Origin: Hypanus sabinus
Taxonomy: Eukaryota
Assembly (NCBI RefSeq): GCF_030144855.1
Contig: NW_026780455.1
Location: forward strand, 124,001 to 188,000
DNA length: 64,000 nucleotides
Direction: 5' to 3'
Part shown: one piece after another, positions 51,289 through 61,658 of the stretch
How positions within the stretch are numbered: the stretch's first letter is position 1
Layout of the letters: every line of letters starts with the position of its first letter
The notes under the pieces: model-generated
What the model was told of the DNA's origin: nothing
Database searches by the model: none
Seen by the model: the letters and a program-made list of their open reading frames with translations, nothing else
Made by a program: the position numbers and the translations under genes

Positions 51289-51469
51289 CAGGAACAGCTA
51301 CAATGGCGAGGACAGGGTAGTAAATCGGTCGGATAGTCCGAAGCGCATAGGTGACACGTAAATCCAACCGCAGCGTTTCATAATATAAAGAAAGATAACC
51401 ATAGGCCCAGAAAATATCCTTCGGGATTCCCGCCGCATTCCGTGATATATTTCGCAGATTGCAATTCAT
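51289..51469 (-). CDS. GPR139-like paralogue 4, exon 1
   Basis: ATG at 51,469, MNCNLRNISRNAAG...YYPVLAIVAVP G|gtaagt; 60 codons plus 1 nt, phase 1. Confidence 0.9.
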
Positions 51470-52999
51470 TGCTGGGATAGTCCAGGTTCCCGTTCCCGAT
51501 CCAGCCTCTGTCCTCTCTCGATCTGGAGCCCGCTGGTCTCTGATAGCGGACACTGGCGGCTTCACTGAAACTGCCGTTGTGAGCGAGACATATTAATAGA
51601 ACAGGTAACCAGCAGCCACACCTCCGCAGTGATGTCGACAATCCCCGCGGATACATCTTTAATTCGGTTCCACGGAATGACAGGTGCAGTTAATCCTATA
51701 TTTCCAGCCTGTCAGAGAAGAGATACAAAAGCAGATTGGAAATGCATCCTATTATCCGAGCTGCCGGCTGTCCACGGATGCGTGCTGAGTCTGTAAACGG
51801 ACACAGAATTGAGAAAAGTATTGGCACACAGCTAGAAACTGATATACAACCAGTCTGGAAATGAAGATATACAAAGCAAATTAAAAAAGTAATGATGAGA
51901 TAAGCAGATTAAAACAATTATTGCATAGATAGTTCAGAAAAATAATATTTGCAGAGTTAGATTGAAAATTATATCGAGTTAGATAATTCCAAAATAATCC
52001 AATTCTGGCTGGCTGCCGGTTAACAGTGGAGTTCCACTGGGGGCAGAGTTGGGGCAGCCGCCTGTTTAAGATGTCTGCAAAAATTTGGGCAAGAATATTA
52101 ACGCATTTCTGGCTAAAGTAGCCGATAACAGAAAGATAGGTGGAGGAGCGTGTTGAGGAGATAGGTGGAGATATTTTGCAGAATGGGCAAAGGAGTGGCA
52201 AGTGAAATAGATATTTGGAAAGTCTGTGTTGATGCAGTTTGGTGAAGCACAGCAAGGATTTGACAAGGTTCCACAGGGACGGTTACTTAGGTAAGTTCAA
52301 TCATTAGGTATTAATATTGAAGTAGTAAAATGGATTCAACAGCGTCTGGATGGGGCATGCCAGCTAGTAATCCCGGATAACTTTTTTTTTGTCAGATTAG
52401 AGTCCGGTGACTAGCGTGTGCCTCAGGGAACTTTACTATGATCAGTTTTGTGTGTCATATACAATAATGATCTGGATGATGCGGTGGTAATTGCAGGTGG
52501 AAGGTAACAGAATGCGGTTAAGAACGATGATGTTAAGTAAAACTCCCATTGAGTACCATTTCAATACCGGAAACTTCTTGTTAAGGACGGAGCTCAGATG
52601 ATCGTGGTCTTGTTACTCTTACCGGCTGAACCACTGAAGGTGCGGTCTTTCATCGATTCTGTTATGGTTATTATTCTATTAAGAGATTTACTATCCTAGC
52701 AAGGAAATTAATCCCATGGTATATAGAAACGTGTATATACTGACCCCGCACCCCGGTTTCCTAGGCTACATAAGTCCACAGAAAGAGCACACCTGTCCGC
52801 TCAAAACTGGTGAAATTGAGATCGCTCGATTCCAAAACAAATCCCGTTGGTTTTTTTGCTGTGGATTTTGGAACCCTGTTACAAACAAGTGCCATCAAAT
52901 AACAGACATCACACAATTATAACTATATTATATAATAACAATTACAGCAAGGGAAAAAACCATCACTGCCCTTCAAGTCCGAGCTGAACGCTTACTCTC

Positions 53000-54005
53000 A
53001 CCTATTCCAACCGACCTGTACTCAGCCCATAACCCTCCATTCCATTCCAGTACACATACTGTGGTAAACTACATATACCTGTCTGGACTCGCCCCTCTGC
53101 TGACTGCTCCTGTGGCTCCTCCCAAAGACCCATGGATAAAGGCGATTGGAGGCACTGCTCTTCCCTCAGTCTCCAGGATGTTGTGTAGTGGTCTTTCTTG
53201 CTAATAAAAGCCTATCGTTCACCTCCCGTCTCCGAGTGTTACTGATGGTGCACCATATACTTACCCAATGTTATTTTAATTACAATACCGAATCTGTCTC
53301 TACCACTTCTAATGGAAGATCGTTCCACACAGCTGCCACTCTCTGAGTAAAGAAGTTCCCCCACCTGTTACCTCTAGACATCTTCCTCTTTACTCTGAAC
53401 TCATGTCCTCTTGTTTGAATCTACCATTCTCTCAATGCAAAAAGAAAACCTCTCCACGTCAATTCCATCTACCCGCCTCATAATTTAAATACCTCTATCA
53501 AGTCTTCGGTCAACCTTCTACGCTACAAACAATAAGGTCCTAACTTGTTCAACCTTTATCTGTAACTTAGCTGTTAAAACCCAGGTAACATTCTAATAAA
53601 TTTCCTCTGTACTCTCTCTGTTTTGTTGACATTTTTCATATAATTCGGTGGGCAGAGTTGTACACAATACTTCAAATTTGGCTTCACCAATACCTTGTAC
53701 AATTTTAACATTACATCCCAACTCCTATACTCAATGCTCTGATTTATAAAGGTCAGCATACGAAAAGCTTTCTTCACCACCCTATCCGCCGCCTCTTCTC
53801 GTCGAATCCTCTCGAGTCAAAGCCTCAAATATCCACTCTTTCACTGGCCCACTCACTCACTGGCCGCTTCCCACAGGCCACTCCGCTTGAGGTAACCATC
53901 TATTTATTTGTTGGCGGTTTTGAAACTGCTTGGTCACCTGTCCTCGATTGCCCAATCAGCTGCTTTCTGTCGAGTCTGAGCTATTCAAATCTTGATGGAA
54001 TCCAT
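53000..54005 (-). mobile_element. CR1 (5'UTR fused to RT C-terminus and 3' end)
   Basis: KKAFRMLTFINQSIEYRSWDVMLKLYKVLVKPNLKYCVQL; CR1-like 5'UTR at about 53,780-54,005. Confidence 0.75.
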
Positions 54006-54360
54006 ACTCTGTCCTCTCCCTACCCGGAGCCCGCTGGTCTCTGATGGCGTAGATTGGCGTCTCTGACTGAGGCAGGCATTGAAAGGGGAGACATATTAAT
54101 AGAACAGGAAGTCAGAAGCCACACCTCCGGGGTGACGTCGACAATTTTCACGGACACTCCCTTAATTAAGTTCTACGGAATGACAAGTGCAGTTAACCTT
54201 CTATTTGCAGACCGACAGAGAAGCGATACAAATGCAGATTGGAAGTGTATGTAATAATCCCACCAGTCGGCTGTAGACAGTCGTATCTGTCGTGTCTGCA
54301 AGTGGACATAAAGTTGAGAAAGTGGTTGACACAAGGCAGACACTGAAATACAACTAATCT
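54005..54360 (-). pseudogene. Remnant of a second GPCR first-exon cassette (promoter and 5'UTR only)
   Basis: The conserved upstream block and 5'UTR (atcagagaccagcgggctccgggtagggagaggacagag) are present, then replaced by CR1 before the ATG. Confidence 0.75.
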
Positions 54361-55489
54361 GGAAAGCAAGGTACGGCTTGGAACTGGCCGAAGAAAGGAG
54401 ATCCCCTGTTCCGGCGCTGTCAATTGGAAATATTCTCTGAGTGATCATTGGTACAGACGGAGCAGAGTGCAGGTTGGAAGCTGTTGGCCAGGGTCTCTCA
54501 CTCTTTATCTCTCTCTCCGTTTCTCTCTTTCTTTCTCTCTCCCCCTTTGTTTTTTACTCTCTCCCTGCCCCCTCTCCATCTCTCTCTCTCCACCTCCCTG
54601 ACCACAGTTCCTGCTGGTTCTCTCTCTGCTCATAACTTTCACATCGGTCTATCTCTTTATCTATTTATTTATCTGGTTATGTATCTTTGTAGTTCAGTGC
54701 CGCAAATGGTCATTATTGACACCGAAGGCCAAGCCCCCTGCTTCTATTAACCAATCTGAATCGAGGCATGGGTCAGTAATACTCCGTCGATTCGTCATTG
54801 TCCCTCATGACTTTCGACATCGCTTTCTCCCCTACAGACGCGTAATGATTGTATTCTCTTCTTCCTTAACTTTAACTCTTTTGCTCGCTCTCTCCTTCCA
54901 TTCTTCCGTCTCTGTGCATCTCTTCTGCCGGACTGTAGTTCTTCCTGACTTTTCCCCGGCTCGTAACCCGCTCATCTGTCTATCTCTTCGTTTATTTGTT
55001 TTGATATGTATCTCTGATAAAAACGCCACAGCGATGAACAAGGCCGTAGGCCAAATGAGCCAACCTCAGATCAGAATGAAAAATTACACCGGAATATCGG
55101 GCAGCTGACTCGAATTTCATCAGCTTAGATGATCCGGACTTCAACACCCTAACTGTACGGCGGATAAAAATACAAGTTTAATCCCGTCCGCCGGAGAGAA
55201 ACGATCATTTCAAAGACTGAACACAAAAGGGAGAAGGACCGCCGTTCACAGGTGCTTGGTCATTGGTGATCTGACCTTGCAGTTTGGGGACATGAGAATG
55301 AAACAACGGCCATTGTCGCACTAAGTGAGCCACCAAGAACACCGCCCCTTACCCTGTTTCTGCGCTGTTTTGACATACTTGGGATCAACCGCAGAATAAG
55401 TCGGACGCAATGTGTCCGACAAGCCAGTACCTATCCGAGAGAGACACAAGGCGCTTTGGGATCATGCGCAGCAGAGTGCTAATATCCAG

Positions 55490-56250
55490 GAGAAGCACTT
55501 TATTCACTTTACTTCATACTTTATTGACACCAAACAATTGATACGAGAGCGTACAATCATCACAGTGATATTTATTTCTGCGCTTCATGCTCCCTGACGT
55601 ACAAACTAAAATAAATATAACAATTTAAAGTGTGGTGTAATGTGAGTCCAAGGATGGAAGATAGGTTTGTGTGATGTGTTGGGCTATGTTCACTGTCTTC
55701 TGCAGCCAATCTGCTTCCGGTCTCGGACAGGACAACTTCTATACCAGGTTGTGATACACCCTCGAAGAATTCTTTTTACAATGCACATAAAAAAATTAGT
55801 GAGGATTTTAGGGGACAGTCCAAATTTCTTCAGCTTTCTCAGGAAGTAACGGCGCTAGTGGGCCTACCTCGCAGTGGACTCTGCTTGGTTAGACCGATTC
55901 AGGTTATTTGTGATATTCACCACGAGGAACCTGAAGTTTTTGACCTGTTCCACCGATGGAGATAGGTTTGTACGGTCCGCTACTCCTTCTGAAGTCAACA
56001 ACCAATTCCTTCGTCTTGCTGACGTTGAGGGAAAGATTATTGTCTTCGCACCATGCCACCAGGTTCTTAATTTCCTCCCTGTACTCAGACTCATCATTAC
56101 CCAAGATACGGCCAACAATTGTGGTGTCATCAGCAAATTTATATATTGAGTTTGACGAAAATTTGGCTACACAATAATGGGTGAACAGTGAGTACAGCAG
56201 GGGGCTGAGTGCACAGCCTTGTGGGGAACAGGTGCTCAGAGTGATTGTAG
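55490..56250 (-). mobile_element. Rex1/Babar-like LINE RT fragment with 3' end
   Basis: aaatttgctgatgacaccacaattgttggc (FADDTTIVG); GNDESEYREEIKNLVAWCEDNNLSLNVSKTKELVVDFRR. Confidence 0.8.
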
Positions 56251-56915
56251 AGGAATTGTGGAATTCTCTGCCACATGAGGCAGTGGGGGCCAGCTCGGAA
56301 AATATGTTTAATACAAAGTTAGAGAGTTTTTTTTAATAGTAGGGGAGGTAAGGCTTGTGGAGATGTGTCCATTGACAGATCAGCCATAATGTGATGGACT
56401 GCCGCAGCAAGCCGGTTAGCCGAGTTGTGTTCCTGTTTCGTAAGCTTTCTGTAACTGAGCGCAACCATGAGATGGGGCAGAAAGTTAGATAATGGGGGAG
56501 AGAGAGAGAGGGAGCGATGGGGCAGAGAGTGGTGGAGGGTCGGGGACGGAGAGCTGGAGGATGGGAGAGAGGGAGGCGATGGGAAATGAGATGGAGGGTG
56601 GGAGATTGAGTTGGACAGCGATGTGGGAGCGAGGTTCAAGCGGGGAAATCAATGTGCAAAGTATTAACAATTGATCAATCAGTAGGAATAAATTTCACAA
56701 TCCCGGAAAGTGACTCCGGACGAGCGTACAGTTGTGCGACCAAAGTTTCCAGAATCTACTGCCCTACTGTAGTTGCCAGTTGAGAACATGGCCTCGACGG
56801 CGGAGGGACTTGATAATGGATCCTGCTTTCTTCTGGCAGCTTTTCATGTTAGTGCGTTTTTGCTGCACTTGCGGGGTGAGGGGATAAAGTACTCTGATGG
56901 GCCGAATCCCGATGA

Positions 56916-56954
56916 GCTTTTTGTCTGAGGCTGCCGTAGACGTGCGCCGCCGGG
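56916..56954 (-). other. Degenerate 23-RSS
   Basis: Heptamer CCCGGCG (56,954-56,948), 23-nt spacer and nonamer ACAAAAAGC (56,924-56,916). Confidence 0.8.
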
Positions 56955-57251
56955 CGAGATTCGCTGCGCAGAAGTCGGTCGCCGAGTCCGTCTCCTCGCT
57001 GCCGTTGAGCTGCAGAGTGAAGCGGCTCTGTGCAGCTTCGAGTTTAGTGGCGAACCCAAGTTTCAAAGGTGGGGCGCAGGTGCCAAACTCGCTGCAGACC
57101 CACTCCAGACTCCTTCCCACTTGCCGGTACCGGTACATATTGTTGCTGCTCATGCCGCCTCCCTCCAATCTGCACTCAAAATTGAAACGATCTCCCGGCC
57201 GAATAGCCGCCGCGGTAGGGAACTGGACCACTGTCGGTGCAGCTGCCAGTG
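56955..57251 (-). CDS. TCR alpha/delta-like V exon, open frame but non-canonical
   Basis: Acceptor ttaatccag|CA; LAAAPTVVQFPT...FECRLEGGGMSSNNMYRYRQVGRSLEWVCSEFGTC...RFTLQL...DSATDFCAANL. Both canonical Cys are kept, the conserved Trp is Arg and YxC is DFC. The alpha/delta assignment is from motif memory. Confidence 0.8.
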
Positions 57252-57413
57252 CTGGATTAACATGCAAGAGAAAATAATTCATAGTCAGGAGGCTTATAAC
57301 GGCATAATATTCGCGTTTTATAAAACAAATGATCTGGGATCGTCTTGGTATCCGTGATAATATCAGCTGATTCGACCCGCTCTAAGAAAAACAATCATCA
57401 AAATAAAACTCAC

Positions 57414-57477
57414 AATGGTCTAGCAGAGTCAGGAATAAAGTGAGAAAGGCGAGGGACACGTCCGCCGGGAGATGCAT
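57414..57477 (-). CDS. Leader exon of the 57 kb V segment
   Basis: MHLPADVSLAFLTLFLTLLDH plus T|gtgagt; hydrophobic, and the phase-1 donor matches the V-exon acceptor. Confidence 0.85.
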
Positions 57478-58779
57478 TGCCCTTCTGAAACGCTGTTCGG
57501 CAACAAATACGCCCTCTTTCCTTTTTCACCTGAAATCTTGTCGGTGGAATGTACCACCGGAAATGACGCCTGACCATTCATGACATTTGTCAATTGATCT
57601 TGTGCTTACATCATAGAAAACTAATCGTCTACTTTGGATGGTAATAGCAATTGCCAGCTGTCATGTATCCGGCGGTGCAGAGGGAGACCTTCGGCCCCAT
57701 TCGTCTCTGCTGACCAAATGTCGTATCAAATCTTGTCGCATTGCCCTGTGAGTCCTGCATTTTTTCACTAACAATTCGAGTTTCTGGCCTCTTCCTTTCC
57801 CACCCTTCTTTTCTGCCTCATCACTCCTTCTTTCCAGTCCTACTAAATTATCGCACAGACTCTGTCTGAGATGCTGGACTCCTACAGCGTTTTGTGTGTG
57901 GTGCATATGAGTTTGTACGGAAGAAAACTGGCGTTGTTTGGCATAATTTACTGAAAGGAAATATTTACAGTTTTTCACCTACAGGTTTCATGTTGGAAGA
58001 GCACCGTCTGTTGTCAAAATAGGGATCATATAGTCCTTGATTGCAGATTGCAATTTTTTTATTCTCGCTACAAGGATCCCGTACAATAATAATACAAAAT
58101 TTAATAATCATCAGCAACATCATGCTCAGACTGGTAAATATGGGGATGTATTCAATGGAGCATCATACTCTTCCATTGGTTAACTTTATCTTAATTTCTC
58201 TGTGTAATGATCTTATTTATGTTTAGTGGTGTGTACTTCGTCTTACAATTACATGCGCTCGCGTGGAACATTGAAACCCGTTTCCGATGATGAAGGTGTG
58301 ACCTCATCCGTTTTATCTGCCTGTTGTGTATATTGTTAATGCCCCCTTCAGTCCCAGGCTCACGTTAACCCAAGCTGGCTCAAGTGTCATTTCCGTTTTC
58401 TGTTTCATTTTTTCTTCGTGCGTTTTCACGGTATTAAATTATTAACAGCGAATTGCTTTTTATATCGAATTACTTTTGTTTTATGTTTATTGCTGAAATC
58501 TGATTGGCAGATTTTCTTCAGCCTTCCAACAAAAGTTTCCTTTTCACACATATAACATAGGACACAGAAAGTGAAAAAAAAAACACCAGAAATAGTCCGA
58601 ATTGAAAGAAGAAATTGAAAGGCTTTGGAAAATGAACAGGGTATACCTTGTTCGGAAAGTAATATCCACAACTAGTATCATCGGAAAGATAGCATTACAT
58701 AATTAGGCTGACGCAGCAACACCGAGTCTAATCTTTACAAAGCCAGTATACCAATCTCCAATACAGCAGTCGCCCACAA

Positions 58780-58965
58780 CAATTGAGAAGAGAGAGGTGC
58801 AGCCGCCAAAACTGGATTAACATGCAAGAAAAAATAATTGATGGTCAGGTGACTGATAAAGTCATTATATTCTGCCTTTTATAAAACTAATGAATTGGAG
58901 AGACTTTCAGTCGTCGATACAATCAGCTGATTTGACCCGCAGTAAGAAAGTAATTCATCAAAAGA
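58780..58965 (-). pseudogene. Relic of a third copy of the same V family (intron and first codons)
   Basis: Aligns with 57,235-57,405. Acceptor ttaatccag at 58,812 is followed by LAAAP and then decays; a CR1 fragment occupies the leader position. Confidence 0.75.
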
Positions 58966-58969
58966 AAAT

Positions 58970-59340
58970 TCGGAATGGACCAATTGAGTTTAAGAGCCGA
59001 GAGGTAATGTTGCAGCTATATAGGACAGTCCTCAGACCCCACTTGGAGTACTGTGCTCAGTTCTGGTCTGCTAACCACAGGAAGGACGCGAAAACCATAG
59101 AAAGGGTGCAGAGCAGAATTACAGGAAAATTACATGGATTAGGGAGAAGGCCTTCTGAGAATAGGTAGAATACACATCTTGCGAAGGAGGAAGAGAGGTG
59201 ACCTGATAGAGATGTACAAGATAATGAGATGTTCTAATCGTGTGGCTAGTGAGCGATTTATTTCTAGGGCTGAAATGGCTAGGACGAGAAAGCACAGTTT
59301 TAAGGTGTTTTGAAATAGATACAGAGGCGATGTCAGAATA
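58970..59340 (+). mobile_element. CR1 RT C-terminal fragment
   Basis: IEFKSREVMLQLYRTVLRPHLEYCAQFWS...DAKTIERVQSR. Confidence 0.85.
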
Positions 59341-59610
59341 ATTTTTTTTTCTATTTTTGTGTCTGCCTGTATCCATCTTTTCAATCGGTCTCCTGAGATG
59401 ATATCTTCAATATAATTGCACGAACTGCACCTGGACCTTTGATGTCTCTGCTTCACGGAAATCGCTCCGGAAGAGATGGAGGCAAGTACAGTCAGCGCAC
59501 GTGAGCTATGAATCTGGTGATTCAGAACACGTGGTCTTGTGTGATGCGATGACTGGGTGGCTGAACGGCAGCTTCCCAATCAGAAGTCAATGTCGCCGCT
59601 TTTTGTCGTA

Positions 59611-59626
59611 GAGCGCCCTCTGTTGG
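59611..59626 (-). promoter_or_regulatory. CTCF motif between the two divergent V families
   Basis: Minus strand CCAACAGAGGGCGCTC. Confidence 0.55.
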
Positions 59627-60837
59627 CTTGGAGTTGCGGTCCTGCAGGACCCTGTCTATTTGCCTCCGTTTATTCAATAAATCCATGAAGCTTCACCATC
59701 TCTGTACCTGCCCGAATGTTGTAGGTGTACCCTCCTCGACTGCTTTTTCCAGCCCCTCAGTCCGTGTATCTAACTTTATTTGAACATAAACAGATGGCCC
59801 TGTGTATGATACTCCCTAATTTGGGATTAATCCTTCCTACCCAGGGAATATAATGATGATACATCGTGTCTATGCTCCGGGAGGTTTGACAGGCCTCGAT
59901 AAAGTCAAAGTCCCAGTCAAAATAAATTTATTAGCAAAGAACTGATATGGCTCCATAGACAATCTTGATAGTTATTTAACTGCAGGCATTCAGAGAGACA
60001 GGGTTAGGGTTAGGGTTGTTGGCATTAGTAGTCTATTCTGTCACTTCACCATCATAATCGGCAGAATAATCCCATAACAGTGGTGACTGCCTCCGTTCCG
60101 CAAATTGCTGTGTCGGGGTTATTCCTATTGCGGCCGCAGAGTGGCACTCTACACAAGAATTTGACTTTGGGTTGGCTAAGTCCCAGCTGCTGGGTCGCAG
60201 AGTCAAGCGGTTGCTTGCCCGGTTAATCCCATTCTCGAAATTAACACGCAACTGACAAGTTCGTTGCCACGTAACCACTTCTGCCCCGCTTAGTTTGCTG
60301 TCTTCTGCAGAATTCCTTGCTATACGCTTTCAATGTCCACTGCAATCGTCATCCCTGCCGAATTGCTGGCATGATTATACTTGCATGACAAGAGTTATGA
60401 AGTTATTTATAGGAGATTTCCAGTTGGACCGAAGCATTTGTTTCCATAATGCACTAGTATGCGACGCTGCCATCGACAATAATAAATATTTCGGCCGAGA
60501 GGTCAGCGTCTGTAATACATATTCTACAACTCTGCTATTTGCAATTCATAATCAACAAGGGGAAAAGCCAATTTGCTCTACCATATACGAAATTAATCTC
60601 TCTTTAAGCTGAACGTAATCCGTACCTCCCTGCTTATATTCCTCTCTATGCCTGCCAGAGCGGTGCAGTGACTCTATTTATGACATCGAAGTTAGATCGT
60701 CGTGTCTAGGACTGAGAGGATAGCTCCCGTTGTCCTGCTGAACTTGGAATGCGGCCCAGCCTCCCGACTGACACCCGAATCAGCAAATGAATTGATCCAC
60801 ACAGCAATCAAACTCAAACCTTCCAGTCTCGCTACTC

Positions 60838-60847
60838 AGTGACGTAT
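60838..60847 (+). promoter_or_regulatory. V-beta promoter decamer (CRE-like)
   Basis: AGTGACGTAT, 8/10 to AGTGAYRTCA, ending 101 nt upstream of the leader ATG. Confidence 0.6.
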
Positions 60848-60948
60848 GGTTGAGTGGCGGAGCTTCGTCCGTTCACCCTGACAAGGCATTCAAAAGGTTG
60901 TTCGTTCCGAACGCCCTTCTGCTTGGAGAAAACTGACGAAGTTGAAAG

Positions 60949-60985
60949 ATGTTCGTGTTATTGGAGCTGCTCATCTGGATTCACG
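60949..60985 (+). CDS. TRBV: TCR beta V leader exon
   Basis: MFVLLELLIWIH plus G|gtaaac; phase 1; 338-nt intron with branch point TACTGAC (61,290-61,296) and a pyrimidine tract. Confidence 0.85.
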
Positions 60986-61323
60986 GTAAACGACAGCTTC
61001 AATTTGCGAGTAGTTTCAGGAACCAGTTCTGCATTTCCCTTTCTGTGCTCCGTTAATTCCTGCACTATATGATTTCCCAACGCTCTCTAGTTCTTTCTCG
61101 CTTTTTCATCGTTGTGCCGTTTTGCTATTTAATTCGCACCTCTATCCGTCCAATTATATTTATTTTATTCTATTCCCTCACACTCTCTATATCCTCCCCA
61201 TCTCTTTCTCTGTTCCCCATATGTCTCTGCTTCCGCATTTATCATTCTCCCTCTCTGCTCCCTTTCTCCATGATCAGAGAGTACCTGCCTACTGACGTCA
61301 TACTCCGTTCCTCTCTTCCCCAG

Positions 61324-61619
61324 CCGCGAACTCGCAAACTATCCGGCAGTCTCCACCGGCTTTTTCCGGATCTCTGGGGAACCCGATGGCGCTGTCCTGC
61401 AACGTGGAGGGCAGCAGCACTTATAACGTGTACTGGTACCGCCAGTACCCGGGGCAGGGACCGCAGTTCATGTTCTACAGCTACGGAGCTAACATTAGGA
61501 ATCCAGACGGGGAAGTCGATGGATTTACCCTGCAGGCGCTTAAAGATAACGAGAACAAACTGGTGACCAACAGCCTGCGGGTGAATCACTCGGCCGTGTA
61601 TTTCTGCGCCTGGAGTGTA
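61324..61619 (+). CDS. TRBV: TCR beta V exon, intact, TRBV30-like
   Basis: cttccccag|CC; ANSQTIRQSP...LSCNVEGSSTYNVYWYRQYPGQGPQFMFYSYG...HSAVYFCAWSV; canonical Cys, Trp, Cys and a CAWS end. Confidence 0.92.
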
Positions 61620-61658
61620 CACAGTGACGCGCCGAGAGGGAAGAACTCGACAAAAACC
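61620..61658 (+). other. Perfect 23-RSS
   Basis: CACAGTG, 23 nt, ACAAAAACC. Confidence 0.97.

Noticed and set aside
56955-57251. Possible IgNAR, NAR-TCR or IgH V identity
   Set aside because: It retains a C'-C'' region (unlike NAR V) and lacks IgH-type WVRQ and YYCAR signatures. Left as alpha/delta-like pending a phylogeny.
60001-60017. GGGTTAGGGTTAGGGTT telomere-like run
   Set aside because: Fewer than three units, with no associated breakpoint evident.
61069-61566. ORF MISQRSLVLSRFF... as the V-beta leader, and the antisense 190-aa ORF at 61,242-61,814
   Set aside because: No phase-1 GT donor follows it. The exon at 60,949-60,985 has the right phase, donor and promoter spacing. The antisense ORF is a shadow of the V exon.
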